64,000 bases of DNA from Piromyces finnis finn (taxonomy: Eukaryota > Fungi > Neocallimastigomycota): contig MCFH01000023.1 in the NCBI GenBank assembly GCA_002104945.1, positions 310,001-374,000 on the forward strand. Reading direction: 5' to 3'. The notes beneath the pieces are model-generated. The model saw only the letters and a program-made list of their open reading frames with translations. It had not been told where the DNA came from and ran no database searches. How positions within the stretch are numbered: the stretch's first letter is position 1; each line of letters opens with the position of its first letter. The position numbers and the translations under genes are program-made. Below, piece by piece: positions 47,901 to 61,231 of the stretch.

Positions 47901-48889
47901 CAAATTCCAATACAAATACTGATTCGGAAGATGAAAGTAGTGTTAGCAGTTCTAATAGTAATAATCAAAACACAAGTGGTAATTTAAGTGATGTTAACCA
48001 TAAATTAAAAATTAAATATAAAAGCAATCAGTATTCACCATTAATGTATGCTATTCAAGAAGAATCAATTCCATTGATTGAATTATTAAGTGATCATGGC
48101 GCTGATATTAATTATATAACCCATAATGGAATTTCGCCATTAATATGTGCTATTCAAAGAAATTCATATACCATAGTAAAGTTATTAATTACTAAAGGAG
48201 CACAAGTTAATATTACAGATGGTTTATGGGAATTTTCAACGCTTGTGTATGCTATAGAAGAAAACGCACTTCAAATAGCCAAGTTATTAATTGAAAATGG
48301 GGCTAATGTCAATTATGGTGGTGGAAAACTATTACGTTCAGCCATTGAAAAAAAATCTTTACCCATGTTACAATTATTGATTGGAAACAACATTAGAATT
48401 AATGAAATTGCAATTTTAATGTATGCCATTTGTCGTGGTGAATTAGAAATTTTTAAATATTTATCCAACTACACAAGAAATATAAATTTCAACGATCGAT
48501 ATGATTGTAACAGTGTAATAAAATCTGTAGATAAAAGTGGAAAAACAGAAATCTTTGAATATCTCGTAAAAAATAATATCAAAGAATTCACAGATAAGAT
48601 CATTAAAAATATTATTTTCAATAATAAATTGGATCTTTTAAAAATACTAGTAGATAATCATTATGATATTAATTCCAAGGATGATGAAGGAAATACTCTT
48701 TTAGTTTATGCAATAAAAAATTGTAATAAGCCTATGGTAGAATATTTAATTGATCATAATGCCAATATTTTAAATGTTAATAATGAAGGTTTATCTATTT
48801 TAGATATTAGTTATCAATATTCCTACGATTATTGGGGTGAAAAAAATTATAATTTGATTAAAAACTATATATGTCATCATTCAAATTAA
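44954..48889 (+). CDS. Ankyrin-repeat protein, 1311 aa, intronless
   Basis: Ankyrin units such as GLTLLHYSILKEDIDTVKYLIEVGADI, NSPLIYAIQTGCLPLIQFLIENGIDIN, GKSPLIYAIQ, GISPLICAIQ and GNTLLVYAIKNCNKPMVEYLIDHNANI. Confidence 0.9.
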   Translation: MEILENKKNKFLNLIKKNSDIEKVKNYVLENNINIIKFNNDSFDLLIYSIVNDASIEIVKFIIEECNYKTLNYVFVDKKNAKINNNRYLFFRYHTIPLFFAILKQNFRVADLLIKNKADVNFYITGDDGKKYNIIQYLFFFSLLDTVKLNYIIDNGFKVNSITSELIIELIKSNHYNKTDILENIFKNFVFDNSFILYLLSMYKYNISLSTSQLRSMIKSEKNKIPVNDSMYDIVIYEKNYDILTLLLECDGSPPNEILNKIYKYEILENVVESSRFNSNIKLIEKILEIGNLDFECINMNIIILEACKKKNIKIINLFIKALKSHTEYNLENINFEEILIQAINTEENIDVMQFLVETFLNLNTFNCKYIKFDNILIEVCRRDNINVIKLIIETLIRENLFNVENIDIENILLGSVKESNVETVNLLLETILFEETIDFYSFHLENILLEVCRRSNSDIMKLMINILQNNENISLKDIDFENLLIEACKEYDNGIIQLLVDMIFNQKNIDIKKINFENVLVKASEISHVYVFERLIEKLNYYTYDIRNFSFEKILSVAKHENYKNDNLKLYIEKFLNISLETSTSMNVLLIKDWKGKYFNLLINLIIEMNNIQLLKYILENKDIEENQDINAKDIYNRYPIVVAYEVVGYYISEYILSKYNLMTHYYNSVEIFHYLLDYGANCDIDYLDGISLLSQAINDKYYNVVKYLLKYKNLIGKKEINKINNLSKIKNIYKNIINSVELLSITEEDRKENKGIESNFTILISSYLLNYKETFKLLLHSSDINEIDQCGLTLLHYSILKEDIDTVKYLIEVGADISINDYNALLISICIDNKEIFDILVENSNTLLDKMGISKNQILMSILKRSSFSLDDKICMLKQLLKKGYNFKNIDATKNSPLIYAIQTGCLPLIQFLIENGIDINYTDENGKSPLIYAIQKKSMSIVTLLIKFGANINIMKNYERNPNLANLYLTQDSSDSFNASNSNTNTDSEDESSVSSSNSNNQNTSGNLSDVNHKLKIKYKSNQYSPLMYAIQEESIPLIELLSDHGADINYITHNGISPLICAIQRNSYTIVKLLITKGAQVNITDGLWEFSTLVYAIEENALQIAKLLIENGANVNYGGGKLLRSAIEKKSLPMLQLLIGNNIRINEIAILMYAICRGELEIFKYLSNYTRNINFNDRYDCNSVIKSVDKSGKTEIFEYLVKNNIKEFTDKIIKNIIFNNKLDLLKILVDNHYDINSKDDEGNTLLVYAIKNCNKPMVEYLIDHNANILNVNNEGLSILDISYQYSYDYWGEKNYNLIKNYICHHSN

Positions 48890-49115
48890 TAATATTAATA
48901 AAAAAAAAATTAGAGCATAAAAAAAAATATATATATATATATCATTATTAATAATTAAACAATAATTTTTTTTTTAATTTCATTTTTTAATCCCTGATAT
49001 TTTGATACTATCAACTAAAATGAGGATTAATCCTTATTTAAAATATAAAAAGTTGATCAATTTTATAGCAACACTATAAAAATATATATTTCTTCAAAAT
49101 ATATATTTTATTCGT

Positions 49116-49152
<37 letters not shown>

Positions 49153-49382
49153 TTTTATATACCTTTAAAAATTATTTCATTTATTAAAATTGTTTAAATT
49201 AAAAAACAATATTAAATATATAAATGTATACCATTGAACATTCATATACTTTTTCCTTTATGATTCATTATTGTTTTGAAAATTTTTATTTCAAATTTTA
49301 AAAAAAAAAAAAATAATTTTTTTTTTTTTTTTTTTTTTTTGTATTTATCAGTAATAATTTTCTTTTTTAATAAAAAGACTTA

Positions 49383-49473
49383 TGCTCCTGGCGGGGTCAA
49401 GTCTGCGATCTTCACGTTGTATAAGAAGTACACCGTATAAGCACGACGCCTTAAACCTCTAAGCTACAGGAAC
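49383..49473 (-). tRNA. tRNA-Ile (anticodon TAT) with an 18-nt intron and a degenerate T-arm; probable pseudogene
   Basis: Sense sequence: GTTCCTG TA GCTT AGAGGTTTA AGGC G TCGTG CT TAT A [CGGTGTACTTCTTATACA] A CGTGA AGATC GCAGACTTGACCCCGC CAGGAGC A, then a T5 run. Acceptor, D and anticodon stems pair. The T-arm is 16 nt and lacks TTCGA. Confidence 0.8.
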
Positions 49474-49885
49474 TTTTTAAAATTTAAAAATTTTGAACCA
49501 ATTTTATATAAAGAATATAACTAAATTGACTTTTTTTAAAAATTGTTTTTTTTTTTTTTTTTTTAATTAAAAAAAAGTATTTTTTGAATCCATATCCATA
49601 ACAAATCTCTAATAATTTTATATTAATTATTTTACTTCCATCATTCTTAATATAAAATAAAATACTTATTACAAAAAAAATTAAAATAAAAAAAAAAAAA
49701 AAAAAAAAAGAAAATTAAAATCTTAATTTTTAAATCATTATTACCCTTATATCGATACTTTTAAGTTTTTGAAAATTGGTTCATAGTATAACCCAATTTA
49801 TAAATTATACTAGAGTAAATTAAAAATATAACTATTATGACTATTAAATACATAAATTATATATATTTATAATACTTTAACACTT

Positions 49886-49917
<32 letters not shown>

Positions 49918-51742
49918 ATTAAACAAAAGTTTGAACTATATTTTTATTTATACCTAATAAATAAAAAGTATATGTATAAAGAAATTATAAACAATTATAT
50001 GTTCTTTATTCTTTTACATTCTTTTAAAAACTACATTTATATATATATGTATTTATTAATTTATTTACATATATCTTTTTTTTTGTTGTTTTAATTTTAG
50101 TTTTAGTTTTTAATAAAAAAAAAAATAGGGATAATATAAATTTATATCGATATAAATTGTTTTCCGGTTTTCTTTTTTGGGGATTTATTGTACTTTTATT
50201 ATTGATTTGATTATATTTAAACTTGTATTGAGAATTAAAGAAAAACATTGTTAATACCACATTTGTACTTTAATAAATAATATCAAGCCCAAATATTTAA
50301 TTAATTACAAATTAATAATATAAAATGCTTATTTTTAACATGATATTATTAATTTTTATCGAAAATGCATTTTTAAATTATTTTGTTTGTTTGTATATTG
50401 TTTAAATATAAAACTAAAATATATTTAAAACTAATTAGATAAAATATTAATGAATAATAAAATCCACACTTCTTTTAAAATTCAATTAGTACTTTTTCTA
50501 ATTATTTAAATTATAAATTAATTATTAATTTAAATATATATATATTTGTACTGTTTTTTTTCTATTTTTTCTGTTTTTTCTGTTTTTTTTTTTTTTTTTT
50601 TGATTACAAATGTAACTTTTCATTTTCAATTTGTTGTTAAAGATAAAAATATTTGATATATTGATTGATTTTGCTTTGATATTAATAAATATTGATATTG
50701 ATAAGCTTTAAGCTTTAATTGTGTTATTAATATAATAGTCGTTTTGCTTTAGATTTGTGTGTATTTTAAAAATAATCTTATTTGAAAAAATTAAACTATA
50801 AACTTATATATTTTAATTGGATGTATCAAAAAATATTATGTAAAATTAAAATAAATTATTTGGTGTTATTGAATACTTCAATTATAATATGTAATTTATA
50901 ACTAATTTTTAATAATAGGCTTGTTAAAAAACGGTGTGTGGAAATTAAGAAAAGATTTAAGGATATCCATAGTTAAAATAATTATTAAACTACTTAAACT
51001 ATTTCTTTCTCTTTTTTCTTTTCTATTAATTAAATTTAGAGTCAACAAAATATTAAAGAAAAAGAAAATAACATATACATTTTAATAAAAATATATAATT
51101 TCATATTTTCTTTTTCTTTCTTTTTAAATGTTGTTATTTTTTTTTTTTTTTGATATATTTTTGATAAGTATTATTAATTATTAATTATTTGAGATTTTTT
51201 CAAAGAATAATAGTTGGTTTATCCCTCTCTTTTTTTTAGTTGAATCTTTTTATAATATGATGAAAAAAGGAATTGTCCTACATAAATATTTTTCATTAAA
51301 AAAACTTATTTTAATGAATCATTATTATGCATTACTTTGAAAATTTTATTAACTTCAGGTAGTTCATGTTGGTAAATAAAATAAAGTATTTACCTTAAAA
51401 GGTATACTATAATTTTTTTCAAGCATGAAAAAATTAATAGCAACTAAAAAGGGTAGGTCATTAATGATATTTTGTTTATGATTAAAAAATAATACTTTTT
51501 TTTTTAATCATAAAAATTAATAGATTACACTATAAAACAAAGGTTGAATATTAAATTAAATATTTCTAATAAAATGGTTTAAGAAAAATAAAATACTTTA
51601 AACTTTTTACTTGTAACTAAAAATATTTAAAATATTACAAGCTAAATTTCTATTTTATCTTTATATTAATAAGCTTTCTAATAAAAAAACTTATTATTTT
51701 ATTTTCTCTCTAATGGTATAATTTTATATTTTAGCTTTTGAT

Positions 51743-52903
51743 TTAAAAACAAAATAAGACATTTTTTAAATCACTAAATTCACTTTTATTATTCATCGAG
51801 TATTTGTTGGAATATACTCGATTTTGTTCATTTAGAGAAAAAGCTCGTTTTCTATTTTTCATTGGACCGCTAAGAATTACACCACTATCTTTCATAATCA
51901 TGGAAGGGAAATTTAATGTCTTATCAAAAAGACTACTTTGTAGTGAACTGCTTTTTCTATGAGTAAATATTGTATTTCTAGCACCATGTCTATTAGACAT
52001 AGCTTCTGGAATTCCAAAAGAATGATCATTATTATACAAATCATTCATTATACTGAAGCCTGATTTTGTTGGGAGTGATGAAGAAATTTCTTTGTTACTA
52101 AATTTATTTTTAATCGTTTCCATAAAGTTATGCATTTCATTATCTTCTTCACGACTTTGGAAACTTTCTTCTTGAAATAAATCATGACGACTTAAATGAG
52201 AATTTGTAATATTTTTAACAGATGATGTAGATGTTTTAATAGATTGAGTACTCTTTACAACAACCTTAGCTTCAAAAGTTTCATTATCAAATTCGTCAAC
52301 TACAGAATCTTCTTCCTCGGAAACATCAGAATCAGTTGTATTATTAAAACGACGACTAATAGCACTAGCAAGAATATCGTAGTTCAATCTTGGTCTATTG
52401 ATAGCTGGACGACTTGGTTCTTTTTCCATATAGAAAACACCCTCATCATTATAACTTTCATCATCGTATTCATAATCATATTCATAGTCAAAACCATCTT
52501 CATCTTCTTCATCATAGTCATCATAATATTCAAATTCCTTATTATCATAACCTTCAAACTTTTGTATATGAGTTTCATTATAGGAATTAAATTCATCATC
52601 TAATGTTTGTCGTCTTAATGGTTGTTGATACTTATCGAAAAAGTCATCATCCTCAAAATCATTATATTCATATCTATATTCTTCACCATATTCATATTCC
52701 TCTTGAATTTGTTGCTCTCTTTGTTTCTGTAAGTTACTTGAAACATATGCTAATGATATATCATCATCATTCATTGAATATAAAGCACACCATTGTTCAT
52801 AGTTCGTTGTTAATAAATTTTCTTGAATAGTTTGAGGAACATAGCAAAATGCAGCTGGTTCCTTTGGACTAGTAATAATAATTTCTGGGTATTGAGTACA
52901 CAT
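51743..52903 (-). CDS. Acidic, largely disordered protein of unknown function with an N-terminal PxIxIT-like motif
   Basis: 386-aa open frame with higher GC than its flanks; PEIIIT at residues 6-11; D/E/Y-rich centre; RRQT, RKSSS and RKRAFS basic phosphosite-like motifs. Confidence 0.8.
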   Translation of the reverse strand: MCTQYPEIIITSPKEPAAFCYVPQTIQENLLTTNYEQWCALYSMNDDDISLAYVSSNLQKQREQQIQEEYEYGEEYRYEYNDFEDDDFFDKYQQPLRRQTLDDEFNSYNETHIQKFEGYDNKEFEYYDDYDEEDEDGFDYEYDYEYDDESYNDEGVFYMEKEPSRPAINRPRLNYDILASAISRRFNNTTDSDVSEEEDSVVDEFDNETFEAKVVVKSTQSIKTSTSSVKNITNSHLSRHDLFQEESFQSREEDNEMHNFMETIKNKFSNKEISSSLPTKSGFSIMNDLYNNDHSFGIPEAMSNRHGARNTIFTHRKSSSLQSSLFDKTLNFPSMIMKDSGVILSGPMKNRKRAFSLNEQNRVYSNKYSMNNKSEFSDLKNVLFCF

Positions 52904-55900
52904 CTTATTTATATTATATAATTTTGTTATTTCTATTTAATATTAAAATTGCTATTGTAATTTTTTTATTTTAATTATATTATTTATATTATATTGTTTA
53001 TAATAGATATCTAATATTTAATAAAATATTGTTGAATATGTATTATTTTTAATTTTATTTCTTTACTTTATATTAATAATATTATAATATGTATTAATTA
53101 TATCGTATGTTATTTTGTTTTTATTATATATTAATTATTATTAATTGTTATTAAATTAAATATTTAAATTTATTTATTTACAAAATTTTATTTCTATTTG
53201 ATTTAAATTAAGTTATTTTTATTTATTTAATTTTATTTTTTGTTGCTTTTGATTTGTTTGTTTTATTTTATTGAGTTACTATTTTTTCATTATATAATAT
53301 AATTAAGAACTTTATAAAGTCATTAAATAATATTATATATTATATTAAAAAGGTGAATTATTTATTTTATTTATTAATAAAAATATATTTAACATAAAGA
53401 TTAAAAGATTGATATATTTCTTCTACTCTTTTTATTTATATATTCCTAATTTGATTGATTCAATAATATCATCTTTTTTAAATTATATATATATATTATT
53501 TATTTTTTTATAATTTTTTTAATAATACTTAAATTTTTGTTAAAAACTATTAACATTTTCTAAATAAAAAGAATTTTTCTATTCTTTTATACCATCATTT
53601 CTTTTTTTTTTTTTTTCTTTTTTGTGTTCGACTTTTCAATATTTAATTATTATTTGTATTATTTGATTGTATTCTGATTATATTGCTTTGTTTATTCAAT
53701 ATATATGACAAAATATATTCTAGAATATAAACTAATATAAAAATAAGATATAGCCAAATAGAAAAATTTTTCCTCCCAATATATGATATTAATTATAATA
53801 ATATATTTATATATATATACAATACTATTATTAATAATAATGAAAATATATTAAAAGTCTAATATTTATTAATTTCATTATGTTAAATCATCCAATAAAT
53901 AGTTCAATATATTTTTATAATACTTTAATATATATAATAATTTATTTATTTAATAACTCAATGTTGTTTTTGTTTTTCTTTTATAAAGATTAAGATATAT
54001 TATATTTATCAATATTATTTTATTATATATATATAAAAATAATTAATTTAGGTAATTATAAAAACAAAATACCATAAAAAAAAAAAGTTCAAAGTTGCCA
54101 CTTCATTAGCTTTAAAAAAAGATGGTTATAATCACTCCAAACACAATGAAAACCTTTACTCAAGATATAAAAAAAACCATTAAGAAAACTTTTTATCTTT
54201 TTTGTAATAAAAAAAAGAAAAAGAAATATTCACACTATAAAAAAATAGGATTAATAAAGTTTAAAGAAATTGAATCTTTTTTTTTTTAATATTTCTATAA
54301 ATAGAATATTATTAATATATAAATTAGAAACAATAGCATCTATAATTAAAGCACAATAATACTATACTCATAAACATTACTTGTATGTGAATACTAATAT
54401 AAAATGGATAATACTAAAAACTGTAAATTATAATTACATTGGCAGTTATAAAGGTGAACCTTTTTTATTTATTGGTTTGGTTATAAATCAAATTAAATTT
54501 CATATTATATATTGCAAAATTAAAATGATTTAATTCTATATCCTTTCTAACCAATAAAATAATATGCAATAATAATTATTTGATTTAAAAAGGAATATTA
54601 TTTTTTTTTATTTATTATTTATTTTATTTTATTTTCTATCATTTATAATAACTAATTAGCTATAGCAATAATAGTATTGTTGATTATTAATAAGAAATCA
54701 ATCATCATCATAACTATCGTGTCATAGAGCATCTCGCCTTTTTGAACAAAAATTTTTAATTAAAAATTACTTTATTAAAAAAAAAAGAGGTTCTGGAATG
54801 TAGGTCTTTTTTTTTTTTATTATTATTACTATTATAGAATAAAAATATTAATCATATTATTATTCATTCATTATTCATATTATTCATTTTGTAACAAAAT
54901 TTATTTTGATAATAAAGTATTTATAATAAATAATGTTCATATATATTATATAATATATTTAATAATTTATTTTATAATATATAAAGATAGGAAATTTTTA
55001 TATATGAAATGTTTTTTTTATTATTAATTAAAAAAAATATATTGAAAATATTAATATAAAACAGCCAGTTAAAAATTATTAAATTCTAAACAAATTTGTT
55101 TTACTATCTGTATACCAAATGAAAACTATTGGCATGATTGTTTTACTTTTTTTTTAAAAAGAATTTATGATAATTAATTCGTATAATATTCTATATATAA
55201 ATTATTAATTTAAAATTTGTTTTAAATTATTATTAAATAAATTGAAAATTCCTATTGGAAATATATTGGAATAGTATTATATTAATATGAAAAAAAATTA
55301 TTTTACCACCACAAATCTTAATTATTACTTTGTAGTTATTTGTGTAACATTAAGGAAATTTTAGATTGTAACCAGAAAATAAATTAAATTAGACATAAAA
55401 AGGATTATAATAATAAATTATTAAAAGTGTTGCTGTTCTTGTTTTTAGCTCTTATCATTAAAGTATTTATGGTATAAATAAAAAAAAGTTATTTATTTAG
55501 TCCAGTTTTCTCTTATTTTTACTAAAAAGGATGTAAAGATAATAATTATTTTTCTATTTAAAAATGTATCAAATTTCTAATTGAACATTTTTAATTAAAA
55601 ATTTATATAAAAACACAATATTGATATTATATAATTTAAAATTATATTAAATGGAAAAAGAAAAAAAAAATTTTTTTTGTTTGTATAAATTAATTATTAC
55701 TATCTATAATTATTTTCACTAAAAAAAAAAAGGATAATTTTCTATAGAAATAAATTGATTCAAATAATAATTATGAATCAATTTATTTAACAAGTGTAGC
55801 ACCTTTCATTATCATATTTTTGTATTTTAATTAATAGTCTACTTTCATTAAAATGACAAAGTCATCCTAAATTTACAATATAGAAATTTAATAAATTTAT

Positions 55901-58900
55901 TTATCATTCAAAAAAATTTTATTTATTTTTGAAGTTAAACATTTTTTAATTTAGTTTGATTTTCCTTTCATAATCATATAATTAGTATTTATTAATATTG
56001 TTGTAATTTTAATTTAAACTTTAAAAAATAAAAAAATTGATTTTTTAATTAAAAATGTATATTTAATTTATATTTATTAATGTTAATTAATAAAAAATCT
56101 TTATATTATTAAATATTCTGTGTAACATTTTGATATGATGTATGATGATGGTTTCACCATTAATATATTAATAATTAAAGAACCTTTTATATTAAAAATA
56201 AAAATATATTAAAATATTTAATCAAAAATCTAACATGTTTTTTAATATACCTAAGAACAAATAAAATGAAAGGAAACAAATATGATTAAAATAAAAGATG
56301 TTAACCTTTTAAATTAAAACTATCCTTTTCTTTTATTAAAAAATAAATAACATCAACATTATTATCTTTTGTTGTGATAAGAAACAATATAGAATAAATT
56401 ATAAATTTAGTATAAATAATGGTATGACCATTTCATTATAATTTAATAAATTCTAAAACTATGGTAGTAATGATAGATTTTCACTTTAGTATCATTAACT
56501 AATATATTAACTTTTAATGTAACCTATAAAGTGAAAAGAAGCCGTTTTTTTTTATTATATAACCTAAAATATAAAAAAATTTAAGGTTAATAAAAAATTA
56601 ATAATTTCAACTATATAACATGAAAAGTTTTATATTAAATATTTATCCCATTTATTGCTTTCATCATAATAGTTAATAATAGAAAGGGAAAAGAAATAAT
56701 AATACTATTAATTATTATAAACTTTGAATTTATTTATTTATATATTAATAACACATTTTATTGCATTCTTTTTAATGAATTTATAAAGATAAAATTAATT
56801 TAATATATATTTTTATATTTCTAATAATTAATATTATTTATTTATTCATTTTTATGCTTGCATTCTATTTTCTATAACTATACACGATTTAGTAAATTCC
56901 ACAATCATCAGAGGGAATAAGTACTTTTACTAAATCATCTTTATATGTTTTTAGTACTTAAGAGAATAAAAATATATAACGGTCATTATCTGCTGAATTA
57001 TCATGACTAATGAATTTTAAGTGATAAAATAAAACATTTTTCCAAAATATTCAATGCGTAATTGTAATTCTATTTAGTTTATTTTATTTATTTCATATAA
57101 ATAAATATCAAATAAAATATAATTATTTAATAAAGATTAAAAAAAAACCTTTTTTTTTTTTTGTATAAAAAAATCAATTTTTTATTTAAAAAAACAGTTT
57201 ATAATAAATCAATATAATGTTCAAAGGATTAGGATTTGTTAAATTATAAATTTTTTACTTTTAAAAAATCTGCAGTTTCTAAAATAGAAAATGCTTATAT
57301 GATTAATGATATGTAAATTGTATATTATACTTTTTTTCCTATTTATTTATACTAAAAGTATATTATTCTTTCATTTTTATATTAATATTAACAAAATAAA
57401 ATGAATATTAAAAAAAAATAAATTTGATATAAAAAATAAATATTAATAATTATTTTTTCATTTCATAAAATATAAGAATCTTTCAACCTTATTAAAAAAT
57501 TTTAAACAACAAAAGTATAAAATGTTAAAATCCTATACAATATAAATAATATAATAATAAAAATAAGTACATATGAAAAGCTTTTTTTTCTTCTTCTTTT
57601 ATTTATTAATATAATTTTATCATTTTGAAAAATATAAATTATATAAACATTTAAAAATTCTCATTTATTAATTATATTTACTAAATTAATATATAATTCA
57701 AGATTATATTTTATAGATACTTTTGTGAGTGCTTTTTATAACACATAAAATAATTTAAAAAGCATAAAAATAAATATAAAAACAGTTTTTAATTGAAATA
57801 TATATATTATAAAACTATTATAGAAAATGACTAAAATATAATTTTTTAATAATAGTACTTTTACATTCATTATTATTTAATTTTATATAATAAAAAATAA
57901 TAAGACAAACAAAGATTGATACAAAAACAAAATAAAAAAAAAATAAAACTGTTTTTTTTTTTTTTAAACAACTTAAAGTTTTAAAATTGACAGTAAAATG
58001 TAAACAAATTATTTTTAATTATAAAATATATTAAAACTTAGCATTTTTAATTAAAATTTAAGTAATTTATAATATATATTTATATATAATTATAAAAAAA
58101 CAACAACAAACAATAATCATAACAATTATTGTTATTAAAAATTAAACTTAAAAAGAAAAATAAAAAGATTTATAATCATTTATAAACAAATAAACAAACA
58201 AATGTTAATTGATAAACAAGTATAAACAAAAGAAAAAATTAATTTATACCCTAATTAAATAAAGTAAAACTTTTTCTATATATAAAATGATATAATAAAG
58301 TTAATAATTAATATTTTTTTTTCTTTTAAATTTAATTTTAAAGGACTTTTTTTTTCCTTTCTTTATTTTTTCAAGAGGCACTTCATTTTTCCATTAACAT
58401 ATCAATTTTTTTTATTCAAGTTATGTAATATAGTTATTTATATTATGCAATTTTATTTAATTTTAATAATGAATATATATAACAAAATATAAACTATAAA
58501 CATGAAAAACTTCTTTTAAAATGATCAATTTTAATTAATTAATTATTAGTTATTTTTATATGAAAATAAGGTTTAATACATCTTTTATAATTGAAATTTT
58601 TTATTATTTATAATGATGATATTATACTACCTGAGTTTAAATATTTATTAATAAATGTTCCATATTAATTTAATAATGAAATATTTATATTATTAGTGTG
58701 GATTAATTTTTTTTTTTATTTATGTTATGTTTTTATTTTTTGATTTAGTAAATATAACAAAAGTTTTTTATAGTGAGATAAATACTATCAATTATAATGG
58801 AAAATAAAAGTGAAAAGTTTTTTTTTTTATTAAAGTGAATAAAATATATAATTTATAATTTATTAATAACAATTTTTATGCTAAATGTTATTAAATTTAA

Positions 58901-59164
58901 ATATTTTAATTAAAAAAAAAAGATCAAATTTTTTTAAAGAAAAAAAATTAATATTAAAATATTATTATTTATTTCATTAATTATCATAATCTGGTTATTC
59001 TTTTAAAATTTCAATTTCTTAATTATAATTATTTTTTATACTTTGTGTTTTTATTTTTAATATTAAAAGGATAATTTATAATGAAAATTATTAATTTTAA
59101 AAGTATGAATCATTGAAAATAAAAACTTTATTAAAAAATGTTTGATTTATAATAATTCTATTAT

Positions 59165-59387
59165 TCTAATAATAATAACAACAATAATAACAATAATAAT
59201 GGTAGTAGTAATACTAATAGTACCAGCAATAATAACAATAATAATGGTAGTAGTAATAATAATAGTACCAGCAATAATAATAATAATAATGAAAATAATA
59301 AAAATAAAAATAATAATGATAATAATAATGATAATAATAATAATATTAATAATAATAATAATAATAATAGGAATGTGGTTATGAATG

Positions 59388-59420
<33 letters not shown>
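59165..59420. repeat. (AAT)n-rich microsatellite with a 45-bp tandem duplication (59183-59227, 59228-59272)
   Basis: aataataacaataataatggtagtagtaata(c/a)taatagtaccagc occurs twice. Confidence 0.88.
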
Positions 59421-60883
59421 TATAAATACAAAATACAAAAAATAAATACATTAATCATTAGACTTCCTCTTTAATTTTGATCATAATTAAATTTTTAATA
59501 ATATATTACTTTCATTATATTGTTCAGATAACACTTTTCTTTTGTTAAATGAATTTGAATTAAATCCAAATATTGATTAATAATTAATTAAAAATTTAAT
59601 ATATCGAATATTTTTTTTTTTATTTTTTTTTTTAAGCTTCAAATTGAAGTAAAAAAAGTCAATGATTGAATTATGAAATTAAAGTGCTAAATATCTAAAA
59701 TAAAAAATTAATTAATGATAAACTTAAATTATATGAAAAATGTCATTATATATTTTATCATCATCAGCAGCAGTTTAAATAAATTTATAATTAAGATCAA
59801 ATTTACGAATTTATGATTTATAATTGTAAAAAAAAAGTTTATTTTATAATAAACTGAGAAAGAACAAGAAAAAAGAAAATGTAATTAAGAAAGGTTTTGT
59901 GATTAAACTTTATTAAGTTATTCAATATATATCTTTTTTCTTTATTTTTTTGCATAAAGTAAAATTTAATATATTATTATGTATATTAATATAATTTTAT
60001 ATAACAGGAAAATATTAATTAATCAAAAAATACATACACAAAGAAAATATTATATATATTTTTAGATTTTAATAAAAAATGTATTTTCTTATTTTTATTA
60101 TGATATAAATTTTTATAGTTGTATATTAAAAAGGAATAAAAAGAATAGTAATCAAGATTTTAAAATTCAAACTAATAATTAACTAAAAAACATAAATTAA
60201 TATTAGAAATGAAATTCTAAAAGTTTATCATATAATAAAATTGAAAATAAATTAATTATGATTAGCTGCGAATTAATTTATATAGCAGTTGGTTTTATTA
60301 TTTTATATAAATAAAGTAATAAAGAATCTGTTTTGTAAAAAAATTTTTATTTATTAAATAAAGTGACATATTTTAATAAAATAAAATAAAAAAAAAAATA
60401 AAAAAAGGGAATTAACTAACCAAAAGGAAAATTATTGGTAAAATTATAAATTGTAATAAGTAAAATAAATTTATATGACATTAGATTAAATAAGTCATTT
60501 TAATTTATTTTATGGATTAAAAATTTTTATCGAATTTTTCTTTTCAGTTTATACCTTCTCTCTCTTCTCTTTTTTTTTTTTTTTATTTATTTATTATTAT
60601 TATTTCTTTTATAATAAAAAAAGAAGTTTCTATTTTTTAATTATCCTTAGTTCAATTTTATCATTCTATTTTTATATATATTATAAAATATAGTTAACCA
60701 AGCTATTTAAAATTCATTTTTATAAAAACATATTATTTCTAAAAAAATCAAATCTAATATTACATTCAAATACATTTAAAACGAATTATAATTATTTGTT
60801 TTATTAAGATTATTTATGCAAGCAAAAAAATTAAAACAATAAATAAATACCTATTAAAAATAAAAATAATTATCATATATTTT

Positions 60884-60920
<37 letters not shown>

Positions 60921-61231
60921 AAAGAAATATTAAATTTCTAAGCTTCAACAATATATTTAATAATGAAACATTTTTTCAACAATTAAAATAAGAGATATAT
61001 ATTTTTTTACAAAAAAATTTTTTTTTTAAAAAGTAAAACAATTTAATAAATAAAATTAAATTCAAGTAGATTAAAAATTTTACTACATCTAAGAAATTGT
61101 AGGAACAATAATATATATTTAAATAAATCAGTAGAGAAAAGGAAAATTTAGAATAATAATAAAAAAGATATAAAAAAATATTATTCATATAAATAGTATA
61201 ATCATATAGATATATATTCTCTAAATATATC

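Noticed and set aside
50024-50260. Small AT-rich ORFs here and at 20083, 35418, 40728, 60976 and 63210
   Set aside because: Poly-A/T-driven composition (K/F/I/N/Y), no motifs, and no GC elevation over background.
56886-56936. 11-bp inverted repeat GATTTAGTAAA/TTTACTAAATC
   Set aside because: A rough estimate for about 80% AT DNA gives many such stems per 64 kb by chance, and nothing else supports it.
59142-59458. Ile- and Leu-rich ORFs on both strands
   Set aside because: Products of the (AAT)n microsatellite.
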